From Hormiphora californensis (Eukaryota > Animalia > Ctenophora), in NCBI GenBank assembly GCA_020137815.1, contig CM035350.1:3906001-3970000 (forward strand): a DNA stretch of 64,000 nucleotides, written 5' to 3'. The notes beneath the pieces were generated by a model. It was not told the DNA's origin and made no database searches. It saw only the letters and a program-made list of their open reading frames with translations. A program made the translations under genes and the position numbers. The first letter of the stretch is position 1, and the number at the start of each line of letters is the position of its first letter. Below are positions 40,895-53,618 of this stretch, piece after piece.

Positions 40895-40938
40895 CTCAAA
40901 TTAATTTGTTTAAAGTAGTGTTGAAAAGTTTGAAACTC
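40895..40938 (-). other. Spliced-leader exon copy (ctenophore-type), fused to the ORF1-like gene
   Basis: GAGTTTCAAACTTTTCAACACTACTTTAAACAAATTAATTTGAG ends in the TTTGAG typical of metazoan SLs and matches my recollection of the Pleurobrachia SL. It is followed by CAGG rather than GT. Confidence 0.8.
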
Positions 40939-41262
40939 CCACGGTTCGAACGATAGAGGAGGCTGCAGCATATTTCAACCCAAAAGCGTGAATACAATCT
41001 ATGTATTTCCTTCCGAAAAAACATGCGTCGAGGATTGCGGGCAATTCCTCCTGTTTTCCCTTGCCTTGTTCGACCCTGACTCACCGCACCCGGTTTAGAA
41101 CATTAAACATAACAAGTTTTTCCTACAAGGTTTCCGTCTAATGTTTAGGCGTGTATTTTATTCTAGGTAGATCCTTTTTTATAATTTGTAAAGTCATGTC
41201 GAGACATTCACATTTAAAACAACGCCTCTCTGAACTCATCAACTAAAAGTCCGTGCCCCGGC

Positions 41263-41620
41263 TCAGAGCATAGTCCAACAAGGAGTTTTCATGAATAGTG
41301 GTCGATCAGCAATGCCCCTGAGGTGCCCTCCTAGTACAACCTTGAGTTCATCCACATTCCCGGCCTCCTTGACCAACTTTGGAAGAGTATTCCATATTTT
41401 TGCCCCAAGAACCGAAAAAGAGTTTTCAAACGCCGTGAACGCCGTTTTTTGTGCCCTATGATTGTATTTCGGGATCACTGCCCGTTCCCCAAAACGAGGG
41501 GTGTCCTTGAAGTCAAATCCGGGTCAGTTTGGAGCTAGTCTGTTGCAGATCTTGAACATATGATTCAGGACATAGCGCTCTCGGCGCTTCTGCAGGGACT
41601 GTAGATCAAGATCAGAAAAG
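41263..41620 (-). pseudogene. 3' fragment of a LINE (CR1/L2-like) ORF2
   Basis: SLQKRRERYVLNHMFKI..LAPN and NSFSVLGAKIWNTLPK C-terminal motifs, with frameshifts. Confidence 0.75.
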
Positions 41621-41725
41621 CAAGTCTCTGCCTTGTTCTGTGTAAACAAGCAAGAATATTTATGTTAAATAGTAAATACACACATACCAGTATAATATAT
41701 GGGTAATTGTTTCTAGGTTTTCAGT

Positions 41726-44700
41726 ATGTCTAAACGGCGGAAGGCTACTCCTGACACCAGTGATGACTACTATATCATCCTTGGAGTGGGGCGGGATGCT
41801 AGCGATAGTGACATCAAGAAAGCGTGAGTTTTAGCCGAAAACTTCATTTCATCTGTTATACGCATGTATATAATATACGCGTGTGTGTGTTAGTTAGAGA
41901 TGTAATGAAATACAGTTAGAGGTGGAACGGAAAGAGAAACTTCATCAGTTAATGAACGGTTTTGATTATATATCAGGTACAGAAAATTAGCGTTGAGATA
42001 CCACCCCGATAAAAATCAAGATGACCCAGAAACGGCTACAGAGATGTTTAAATCCATCAGTGAAGCATATGATGTACTTAGTGATCGTAAGTGTTTTATT
42101 TGTACCATTCATGCTCAACAACTGTTTTGTAGTAAACGTGAGACTTGTCTTTTCATATTGTACCATCATGTTCATAATATGAAGAGAGAAAACGAGTGCC
42201 GTATACATGTTGTGTTATCTCATTTTACACTTTTTATACCCGAGTCTCGTGAAGTCGTATATATTTCAACACTAACCCTGTGCTTTATCTCTCAGCACAG
42301 AAGAAGCAAGTATATGACCTGTATGGAAAGGAAGGTCTGACAGATAGTAAGTATAGATGAGAGAGAGAGTGTGGGGAGACTTTTCGCTATCGTCGTCTGT
42401 CTCACATTTCACAAACACTACCATTTGATATACAAACTCCCCTACCATAATAAAATATATATACAATCTGAAACTACCGAACCTCCAGCCCACTACGCCA
42501 CTACGTGGACCCCACTAACTCACAAACCACCAGCCACCAGGTGTACCCCAGTAACTCACAACCCCCTTCCCACTAGGTGGACCCCACTAACTCCCAACCC
42601 CCTCCTACTAGGTGGACCCCACTAACTCCCAACCCCCTCCTACTAGGTGGACCCCACTAACTCCCAACCCCCTCCCACTAGGTGGACCCCACTAACTCAC
42701 AACCCCCTTCCCACTAGGTGGACCCCACTAACTCCCAACCCCCCTCCCACTAGGTGGACCCCACTAACTCACAAACCACCAGCCACCAGGTGTACCCCAG
42801 TAACTCACAACCCCCTTCCCACTAGGTGGTCCCCACTAACTCCCAACCCCCTTCCCACTAGGTGGACCCCACTAACTCACAACCCCCTTCCCACTAGGTG
42901 GACCCCACTAACTCCCAACCCCCCTCCCACTAGGTGGACCCCACTAACTCACAAACCACCACCCACTAGGTGGACCCCACTAACTCCCAACCCCCTCCAC
43001 ACTAGGTGGACCCCACTAACTCCCAACCCCCTCCACACTAGGTGGACCCCACTAACTCCCAACCCCCCTCCCACTAGGTGGACCCCACTAACTCACAAAC
43101 CACCACCCACTAGGTGGACCCCACTAACTCCCAACCCCCTCCACACTACGTGGACCCCACTAACTCACAAACCACCAGCCACCAGGTGTACCCCAGTAAC
43201 TCACAGCCCCCTTCCCACTAGGTGGACCCCACTAACTCCCAACCCCCTCCACACTACGTGGACCCCACTAACTCCCAACCCCCTCCTACTAGGTGGTCCC
43301 CACTAACTCACAAACCACCAGCCACCAGGTGTACCCCAGTAACTCACAACCCCCTTCCCACCAGGTGTACCCCAGTAACTCCCAACCCCCCTCCTACTAG
43401 GTGGACCCCACTAACTCCCAACACCCTCCTACTAGGTGGACCCCACTAACTCACAACCCCCCTCCCACTAGGTGGACCCCACTAACTCCCAACCCCCCTC
43501 CTACTAGGTGGACCCCACTAACTCCCAACCCCCTCCTACTAGGTGGACCCCACTAACTCACAACCCCCCTCCTACTAGGTGGACCCCACTAACTCACAAA
43601 CCACCAGCCACCAGGTGTACCCCAGTAACTCACAACCCCCTTCCCACTAGGTGGACCCCACTAACTCCCAACCCCCTCCTACTAGGTGGACCCCACTAAC
43701 TCCCAACCCCCTCCTACTAGGTGGACCCCACTAACTCCCAACCCCCTCCCACTACGTGGACCCCACTAACTCACAAACCACCAGCCACCAGGTGGACCCC
43801 ACTAACTCCCAACCCCCTTCCCACTAGGTGGACCCCACTAACTCCCAACCCCCCTCCTACTAGGTGGACCCCACTAACTCACAACCCCCTTCCCACTAGG
43901 TGGACCCCACTAACTCCCAACCCCCCTCCCACTAGGTGGACCCCACTAACTCACAAACCACCACCCACTAGGTGGACCCCACTAACTCCCAACCCCCTCC
44001 ACACTAGGTGGACCCCACTAACTCCCAACCCCCTCCACACTAGGTGGACCCCACTAACTCCCAACCCCCCTCCCACTAGGTGGACCCCACTAACTCACAA
44101 ACCACCACCCACTAGGTGGACCCCACTAACTCCCAACCCCCTCCACACTACGTGGACCCCACTAACTCACAAACCACCAGCCACCAGGTGTACCCCAGTA
44201 ACTCACAGCCCCCTTCCCACTAGGTGGACCCCACTAACTCCCAACCCCCTCCACACTACGTGGACCCCACTAACTCCCAACCCCCTCCTACTAGGTGGTC
44301 CCCACTAACTCACAAACCACCAGCCACCAGGTGTACCCCAGTAACTCACAACCCCCTTCCCACCAGGTGTACCCCAGTAACTCCCAACCCCCCTCCTACT
44401 AGGTGGACCCCACTAACTCCCAACCCCCTCCTACTAGGTGGACCCCACTAACTCACAACCCCCCTCCCACTAGGTGGACCCCACTAACTCCCAACCCCCC
44501 TCCTACTAGGTGGACCCCACTAACTCCCAACCCCCTCCTACTAGGTGGACCCCACTAACTCACAACCCCCCTCCCACTAGGTGGACCCCACTAACTCCCA
44601 ACCCCCTCCTACTAGGTGGACCCCACTAACTCACAACCCCCCTCCCACTAGGTGGACCCCACTAACTCACAACCCCCCTCCTACTAGGTGGACCCCACTA

Positions 44701-47161
44701 ACTCACAACCCCCCTCCCACTAGGTGGACCCCACTAACTCACAACCCCCCTCCCACTAGGTGGACCCCACTAACTCCCAACCCCCTCCCACTAGGTGGAC
44801 CCCACTAACTCACAACCCCCCTCCCACTAGGTGGACCCCACTAACTCCCAACCCCCTCCCACTACGTGGACCCCACTAACTCCCAACCCCCTTCCCACTA
44901 GGTGGACCCCACTAACTCCCCCCCCCCCTCCTACTAGGTGGACCTCACTAACTCCCAACCCCCTCCTACTAGGTGGACCCCACTAACTCCCAACCCCCTC
45001 CCACTACGTGGACCCCACTAACTCCCAACCCCCTCCCACTACGTGGACCCCACTAACTCACAAACCACCAGCCACCAGGTGTACCCCAGTAACTCACAAC
45101 CCCCTTCCCACTAGGTGGACCCCACTAACTCCCCCCCCCCCTCCTACTAGGTGGACCCCACTAACTCCCAAACCACCACCCCACTAACTCTCAACCCCCT
45201 TCCCACTAGGTGGACCCCACTAACTCCCCCCCCCCTCCTACTAGGTGGTCCGTCATCTGGAGGGCACTCTCGGGGAGCTGGAGGTGGGTTCAGACATGGT
45301 GGTTTCCATTTCCGGACCGCAGACGACATATTTGCAGAATTTTTTGGTGGCCACGATCCCTTTTTCCAGAGTTTTCCAAATATGGGCAGACATGGTAGTA
45401 GTAGATCTTCCTCCAGACCAACATCAGCACGACATGCCAGTCCGTTTATGACGTAAGCATTGTTGCAACCTTCTGACACACCATGCATTGAGTCGCTTGA
45501 CACTGTGTGCGTGAAAGTATGAATGCAATGGGATGCAATTCAAACCATGCACTTGCGAAACTTTTTTAATGAAATTCATACTTTTTTAATGAAATTCATA
45601 CATCCGTGAAAGCTGATGCCATAATAGGGGTGAATCCGTAACCAAGTTTGATAATTGGATCCCAATGCAGGTTTGATAATGATGACTTTATGGGTGGAGG
45701 ATTTGGACATCCCTTTGGAGGTGGAATGATGTTCTCATCATTTGGAAACGGTGGCGGCGGATTGTAAGTGTCTTTTTTACATTAGGGGGTATGTATAAAC
45801 CCGGATAGTCAGGATAATAGGTATTTTCAGGATAGCCTAGAGGACGACCCGGGATATCTGGGCTCTATTATCTGATCTTGTCGGGCTATACAAGTTATCT
45901 GGGCATGATCACCAGAATATTCCAGCTCGTATATGCTGGAATAGCTTTCCTAAAATTACCTATTATCCGTGCTATCCGGGTTTATACATACCCCCTATTC
46001 TTTCTAGGCCTGTTGTTTAATCTCCGTTCTATATGATCCATCTAGCCTGATATTTCACCTCTCTACTCATTCGCAAGCATATTATACTGGTACTAGCTAA
46101 ATTAGACCTGCATACCTCTATCTTTTCTTCTCACACAAAACTATTTTACTGCACTTTTATACGTGAACAGTATATAGTACTTGTCAACGCCGCGAAGACA
46201 GGGAAGTGTGAAACCTAATATTAGTTCAGAGAGGGAGATCTCATTTTCCCAGTTTGCTTCGGGAACTTCCTCACTCTCCCTCTCGTGTGTTGTGTGTGTC
46301 TGTATGTACCCTAGTGTCTGCATGTACCCCACATTACAGAAGTTACACCATTATAACAAACATGACCCGCTTTTAATTGCTCACCGCCTTTACCCATAGA
46401 ACCCTTCTCCAGTCTACCACTTACCAACACACACACAGACACACACACACTCTGTCTAACCCAAATCTCTATCTCCACAGCAGTTCTATGAGCTCCACCT
46501 CTATGGGCGGTGGGTTCGGAGGGGGTGGTGGAAGTTTCACCTCCTCTTCCACCTCTACCACCATCAGGAATGGAAAACGCGTTACAACCAAACGGGTAAG
46601 AAGTTTTTTATGACATGCTTGTCAAAAACAAATATATTTGTTCTACCGAATTGGTCAATCTCAATTCTCAAGTTATATTTTAGGTATCGCTTATTTTGAC
46701 TGTGATATCTAAATGTAATCGATTGTATGATTTAGACACTACGTAGTATTGTGCAATAGTAGATTGATTTGTGTGTTTGACAAAGGGAGAGATAAAAGGA
46801 GAGAGAGCGAGAGGGATAAAGGAGGGAGAGATAAAGTGAGATAGAGAGAGAGAGAGAGAGAGATAAAGTGAGAGAGAGATAAAAGGTCGATGAGAGATTG
46901 ATAGTCGACTTCAACCAGATAGAGAGACACAAAATAAGTTACTGAACATGCAATATGTTCATTTTATTAGGCCCCTAAACGTCTAATAAACGTTCTCTGC
47001 TAGAAGTTCTGTCACTAGGTTTACCAGCTACATCTTTCACTGTTATTGTCATTCAGGTTGTTCAAAACGGTGTGGAAACAGTGACGGTTGAAGAGAACGG
47101 ACAAGTTATCTCGCACAAGGTCAACGGTCACGAACAAGCAGAGAGAATAGGATACCATTGA
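41726..47161 (+). CDS. DNAJB6: DnaJ/Hsp40 subfamily B (DNAJB6/MRJ-like), multi-exon
   Basis: [35 protein letters not shown]; G/F-rich [14 protein letters not shown]; [23 protein letters not shown]. Confidence 0.88.
42496..45244 (+). repeat. 26-27 bp minisatellite (~100 copies) filling the 3' part of a DnaJ intron
   Basis: Unit GTGGACCCCACTAACTCCCAACCCCCCTCCTACTAG-like; the last TAG is the true acceptor (exon starts 45245). Confidence 0.95.
45785..45995. mobile_element. ~210-bp MITE in a DnaJ intron
   Basis: TIR GGGGGTATGTATAAACCCGGATAG / CTATCCGGGTTTATACATACCCCC, flanked by TA on both sides. Confidence 0.8.
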
Positions 47162-47456
47162 TTCTCACACCGTATACATATGCTGGTGAGTTTGAGTAGA
47201 CGCAGCGCGCGGTGTCACTTTTGGGGAATTTACCGCGCGAGTGTGAGAAAATTCGAGAGATTTGCGCACCTCAATCCTTTCAATTTCCTTGAAGCTTGAC
47301 CAGCTGGCTTCTTGACATTGCATCATCTTTTTCAGACGGAGATACCAAGGGATAATTATCACAAAGAGCAGAACGGATCCCTACCTTCCCAGTCACTCCT
47401 AAAATGACCTACAGCTTCATGGAATTTAGGGGATAAAATACTGTCCGAAAATCTGA

Positions 47457-48384
47457 TAGTAGAGTCGATAACTACATCGACCTCTCCCAATTGTCCCAGT
47501 TTTTGTCACATCTGTTTGGAGCCTCGACACGACCTCTAAACAGGTGTTACTTTTTCACAAACTGTTTTCATCTTGGTGTAATCAGCAGTTGAAATGTTGC
47601 TAATCATAACAAAAACCTGACTAAATTTTTTCAACTTGGGGTAAAACCATGGGTGTCAAAAGTTAGGTCTAGGTCCCCTGAGTAACCATCCGGAGACTCT
47701 AAGAGATATTTCAAGCCGTTCTCCCGTAATCATTAATCCCGGTGGAGAAAAAAATACAATGCGGACGTACGTGAGCGCTGGCAGGCTGTTTACATGTTAT
47801 TGTATGTCTCTCACTCTCTCTGGAAAAACCGCACGTGCGGTTGCGCCGCGCGAGATAACTCTTTCTCAAGGGGGAGAAAAGAGAGAGACGTTACAAAGTT
47901 TGAAACTGACATCAGTTTCAAAAACCTGATGTAAGTTTCAATTTAGCAACTGGAGCGGGACCAGTTACAAAGTTTGAAACTGACATCAGTTTCAGATACT
48001 GATGTCAGTTTCAAATTAGCAACTGGAGCGTAACGTTATACATTAAAGTTGAGGTTGTAGGCAATTGCACGTACGTCCATACTCAAATATGTGCTCTACC
48101 GGGATTAATGATTACAGGAGAACGGCTTGAAATATCTCTTGGAGTCTCCGGATGGTTACTCAGGGGACCTAGACCTAACTTTTGACACCCATGGTTTTAC
48201 CCCAAGTTGAAAAAATTTAGTCAGGTTTTTGTTATGATTAGCAACATTTCAACTGCTGATTACACCAAGATGAAAACAGTTTGTGAAAAAGTAACACCTG
48301 TTTAGAGGTCGTGTCGAGGCTCCAAACAGATGTGACAAAAACTGGAACAATTGGGAGAGGTCGATGTAGTTATCGACTCTACTA
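47457..48384. mobile_element. ~930-bp element with ~290-bp near-perfect TIRs and a 3-bp TSD (TAG ends; possibly Academ-like)
   Basis: TAGTAGAGTCGATAACTACATCGACC pairs with GGTCGATGTAGTTATCGACTCTACTA; TGA on both flanks; internal ~75-bp tandem duplication. Confidence 0.85.
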
Positions 48385-48828
48385 TGATCTAAGAGAGATC
48401 ATATCCCCGTGTGATTGTTTATTTGTGTCATTCCAGCCCCTTCAAAACCAATTTGAGTGTTTTCGAAACGTTAAAAAACTATAAATTTAGTGTCGTAACG
48501 AAAAAAAAGAAAAGATGGTAAGAGTTTATAATATACAGAGTCACTACTAAAATCTCTTGCATCATTGGTTGTCACACTCTCTTCTATTCCCAGTCAAATA
48601 AGTTAAAAACGATCCCTACACACACTCTCTGTCAGACAAAAGATTGTATGGTTATTTTCCTTGTTTGTTAGAAAACCATGGTTCATATATCCCCGCTCTC
48701 TCACTTTCTCTAGGAGTAGAAAGAAAGAGGGCCAATGGGAACTCATGGACGGTAGTAGGAAATGTCAGTTGTTCAAAAACAAGTATCCACATGTCCTACA
48801 CACAAACTAAAAAGGAAGTCCATTGATA

Positions 48829-51800
48829 TCAACTAACAGGAATGGGAGGGTTCGTCGTTTCTTCCGTCGGTGATGGTGCTACTTGGTCATGTTGTTGGGG
48901 TTTATCTTTCTTCAGGGCGTTCAGAAGGATGTCAAAGGTGCTTGGTGGTGTTAGGGAATCTGAGAGAAGGAGGTGTTAGGGAATCTGAGAGAAGGGGGTG
49001 TTAGGGAATCTAAGAGAAGGGAGAAGAGAGTGTTAGGAAATCTGAGAGAAGGAAGGGTGAGCAAAGTTGGAATCATCGCTAAACCAACTAACCAACCTGC
49101 TTGTGGTGAAGTGGTAGGTGAAGAGCTTGGTTCTTCTCTATCGTCCTCAGGAGTTCTCTCTTCAACAGACGGCTCTCTCCGCAGAGAAACATCAGTTGAA
49201 GACCCCATCATCCCCTCCCTCCTTCCCCTGTAAGCCTGGAATGCCCGGTCTGCCTCGGATGGGCGACTAAAAATGATGCATGCCGATCTGAAGAGAAAAG
49301 TGAAGAATTAGGATGGGTGTTGGCAGGGCGAATCTAGTCCTACTCCTGCTAGAGAGTTACAAAAAGCAGCGGCCTACCTTCGTTTTCTGATTTCAAGTTT
49401 GGAAACGTCTATAATGGTTCCATAGTTCCTAAAATGATCGTACAAGTCTCTTCTGGAGGTATCCCGACCAAAGTGTTGCACAAAAATTGCAGGCCCAGAA
49501 ATATTGAAACCCTGTAATGATGTTGTACAGAGGGTGTTTTTGGGTAAAGGTCTGCAGGGGGTGTTTCTTGGCAAACTAAAAGGCGATATTTAATCCTCTA
49601 ACTGCAATCATGTTCGATGAAGTCAACAGATGACAGCATTGATGGGTGGTGAAATGCGCTGGAATGAGAGACCTCGCGCGCGCGCCCGGCAAGAGTGGTG
49701 TGACCGATTGCTTTTCACAGAGATAGCTCACTCTCAACGAGGTGTCAGTGTCAGCATCGGCCACACAACACGTGCAGGAGGGGTGGGGACTGGGGTCGGG
49801 TCCAGGGTGAGTTTTCTTGGGGATTGGATTGGGACAACTATAAAATAGACGATAAATTGGCAGAGACGTGAGTCCAAAGAATCTAGATATACCAATCACG
49901 ATTTGCTTTCTCCATCCACTTACGTCGACTTCCGACGGGCTAAGAACCCTCCACTCGTGTGGTTGTAAAACTTCGGGTTCCCGTTTTAGCTCTAATTCTC
50001 GTTTCAATTCCCTCTTGTCCTCTCGTTTTCGACGTTCCTCTTCTTTTCTGATGCGTTCCCGTTTCTCTTCCTTTCTCTCTTCTTCTCGCCTTCTTTTCAA
50101 CTCTCGTTCCCGTTCGGCCATCTTTCGTCTCCGTTCAACTTCTTCCTTCAGCTGTCTCTCCTCCTCCCTCTTTCTCCTTGCTCTCCTCTCATCATCTCTC
50201 CTCTCGTCAGTCAGAATATTTAACAAATCCTCCTTAGCAGACTTGGCTTCCTTTAGAAGTCTCCTAGCGTTCTCTTCCGTCTGTCTAATCTGGGCCTTCA
50301 AATGGTCGATAGCACTGCTACTTGTTTGAGGTTCTCGCGACTTGGTCCGACTTGATTCTACACGTGCTTTGGATCGTGCTTGGTCACGTGACAGTAACTC
50401 TCTTGCATCTCCACCCTAGAATGGGGAAGGGTCAGATAAATAGGGAGAGGGATTGTAGACTTTCTAAAACACATGGTGGGGTGCTAAAATGTGAAACACA
50501 GGTCGAATGGGAACCAGCCCCGAACCAGTATGTGTTTCAAGTTTAACTTACCTCGGCAACAATTCTCCGTAGTGTAACACGTCTAGCTGCAGGTTCACTG
50601 GCCGATATGGACCTGGATACAACCCTGACCTCAGAGCGGGGTGCTGCTGCTCTCCTAGGTGAGATGGTAGTTCTGTGCCGTCTGGGTGATCTTCTGGGTG
50701 ATCGTCTGGGTGATCTTATCCTCCTACTGGGTGAGGCCCTTCTGGGTGATACTCTTCTGGTAATAGGTGAGGCCCTTCTGGTAACAGGTGAAGATCGTCT
50801 AACAGCGGGTGAGGCCCTTCTAACAGCGGGTGAGGCCCGTCTCGAAGAGGGTGAGGCCCGTCTAGAAGAGGGTGAGGCCCGTCTAGAAGAGGGTGAGGCC
50901 CGTCTCGAAGAGGGTGAGGCCCGTCTAGAAGATGACCGTCTGACTCCACTTGATGAAGCCGTTCTTCTGGGAGAGACGCGTCTGGCTGGGGACCCCCTTC
51001 TAGATCGTGATGATCTAACACGGGATGGAACTCTCCGGTCAGGGGAGGATCGGTCTTCTTTGCTAACTCTAGCTCTCTTCTTGGAAGAGGATCGGGAGGA
51101 GGATGTCCTACGGGGCCGTACCGCCCTGATAGGGGTAGAGGGTGTCAAGACGAGGTGTAGAGGGTGTCAAGACGAGGGGTAGAGGGTGTCAAGACGAGGG
51201 GTAGAGGGTGTGAAGACGAGGGGTAGAGGGTGTCAAGACGAGGGGTAGAGGGTGTCAAGGATAGGGGTAGAGGGTGTCAAGACGAGGGGTAGAGGGTGTC
51301 AAGACGAGGGGTAGAGGGTGTCAAGACGAGGGGTAGAGGGTGTCAAGACGAGGGGTAGAGGGTGTCAAGTTTAGGGGTAGAGGGTGTCAAGACGAGGGGT
51401 AGAGGGTGTCAAGACGAGGGGTAGAGGGTGTCAAGACGAGGGGTAGAGGGTGTGAAGACGAGGGGTAGAGGGTGTCAAGACGAGGGGTAGAGGGTGTCAA
51501 GACGAGGGGTAGAGGGTGTCAAGACGAGGGGTAGAGGGTGTCAAGACGAGGGGTAGAGGGTGTCAAGTTTAGGGGTAGAGGGTGTCAAGACGAGGGGTAG
51601 AGGGTGTCAAGACGAGGGGTAGAGGGTGTCAAGACGAGGGGTAGAGGGTGTCAAGTTTAGGGGTAGAGGGTGTCAAGACGAGGGGTAGAGGGTGTCAAGA
51701 CGAGGGGTAGAGGGTGTCAAGACGAGGGGTAGAGGGTGTCAAGACGAGGGGTAGAGGGTGTCAAGACGAGGGGTAGAGGGTGTCAAGACGAGGGGTAGAG

Positions 51801-53532
51801 GGTGTCAAGACGAGGGGTAGAGGGTTTCAAGACGAGGGGTAGAGGGTGTCAAGACGAGGGGTAGAGGGTGTCAAGACGAGAGGTAGAGGGTGTCAAGACG
51901 AGGGTGTCAAGACGAGGGTGTCAAGTTTAGGGACGTGGAAAAACAGATGAGATTACAAATTAGATTGAGGGAAAAGATGCCACATCATAATAACACGAAG
52001 TGGTCTATTCTCTAAACCATCTGGTACCTGTTCTCATGGCTCCTTCTTCTCTCTCGTTTCCTTTGTTCCGACCTGCGAAGGATAGGGATTAGAACGAGCT
52101 TTGTCCTCCTTATTATTAGTTGAATGTTTTATAAGGGAGGTCCTTAGTTGAATGTTTTATAAGAGAGCTAGCTGGACTGAGTACATGTTGGTGAGCTGGA
52201 GGAGATGGAATCCAGGTGTGTGCTTGTGTGTGTGGAGCTTGTAGACCTTATAAAAGTCTCCCTACCGCCCCAACTACAATTATCTCCATCTCTCTGTCTC
52301 TCTCTCTCTGCTTCTCTATCTTTATCTCTCTCTCTTCTTCTCTCAACCTCTATCTCTGCTTCAAGACACGGGAAAAGTGAGGTGCTAGCTCAGCTGGTAC
52401 CCTCCACACACCTCCAACAAGCGAGATTTATAGCACCTATAATTATTAAATTTCGAGAGTTTTCTAAATCTCGATGATCGATCTCCTCTCTAAAAGTAAC
52501 AAATATCGAAATAGGATTTGTGCCAATATTTCACCAGGTACCAGGTGCTGTCCTATCTCACTTTAGTGGATCATGATATCTCACCCCCCCCCCCTATCTA
52601 AAAACTAAGTCACTCACTTGCTCTCAGAAGAGTGTTCACTATTGGGAGGGGAGGGATAGATCCGTAACGGTACAATCTCACCACCTAAACAAAAAGGAAA
52701 TGTTAAAATGTTGCAGTAGTCAAAACAATGCCAGCTGTTATCCGTACTGGATGACACCATGTCAATAATGGGGGAAAGTGTTATTTTCACTATTAAATAC
52801 AGAGGAAGTGTTATTTTCACTATTATCAACTGAAGGGGGAAGTGGTATTGAGAATGGGGGCTATAAGTACCTGTCAAAAGAGAATCCTCGCTTTGCAGCC
52901 AGGCTGATATTTCATCCTTGTTGATTCCAACACCGGAAACGTCGTGTGCTGACATTGATACGATCTGGAGAGAGAGAGAGAGGGTGGGGTGGATGGCAGT
53001 GAAATTAGGAAGTGTCCCAATAATTTAATTAAATAGTCACAAAGACAAGGAAATACACTCTGTCTAGGTCTACATCGTGAATCGCGATTACCTTGCTAGA
53101 CCCGCAAAGAAGAGTTAGAACTTAACAACTACTGTATCATCACTAAGGCAATTAATACCGTGGACATGTCATGAACATCTCATGAACACTAATGTGTTTT
53201 CGGACCTTCAGTGACGATTTATAAAACACTCCCTAATAAGGTGTGCCCTAAGCGACCCCTACTTCGTTCAATACCTCAGTTCCAGGTGGTGGTGGTTCAT
53301 CATCCAGTTCATCCAGGTCATCTTCCTGGTCATCACCTGCTGTGACAGCAAGGTCAGCTAACTCATCAAAATCTTCATACAAATCTTCCTTTACTTGATC
53401 ATCTTCATCTTCTGCTTCTTCCTCTTCATCGTCTCCTAGATCTTCTACATCAACAATGGAATCATCTTCTTTCTGAACTTCTTCCTTGTCTGATGTTGGT
53501 GATTCTTCACAATTCACTGGTGATGATGTCAT
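48829..53532 (-). CDS. RS-rich, coiled-coil, RRM-containing protein (putative splicing or RNA-binding factor), multi-exon
   Basis: Acidic first exon, RRASP/RRSP repeats (50572-51125), E/R coiled coil, RRM-like IFVQHF..DLYDHFRNYGTIIDV..SACIIF. Confidence 0.65.
51127..51925 (-). repeat. 22-bp minisatellite (~35 copies) abutting a 3' splice site
   Basis: Plus-strand unit GACGAGGGGTAGAGGGTGTCAA; on the minus strand the last copy ends CCCCTATCAG at the exon boundary. Confidence 0.95.
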
Positions 53533-53618
53533 ATTTCTAGTTTTGGAAGAGTGGTTAAGACTCTAGTCAGGGCCCCTGGGGAATCCAGTGGGGACTGGGG
53601 ATAGGGCTTGTAATATTC

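Noticed and set aside
42496-45244. CRISPR-like array or mucin-like coding repeat
   Set aside because: No unique spacers, eukaryotic intron context, and the reading frame shifts between 26- and 27-bp units.
47895-47985. AAAGTTTGAAACT matching part of the SL reverse complement
   Set aside because: Only 13 AT-rich bases inside a transposon's internal repeat; lacks the diagnostic TTTGAG end.
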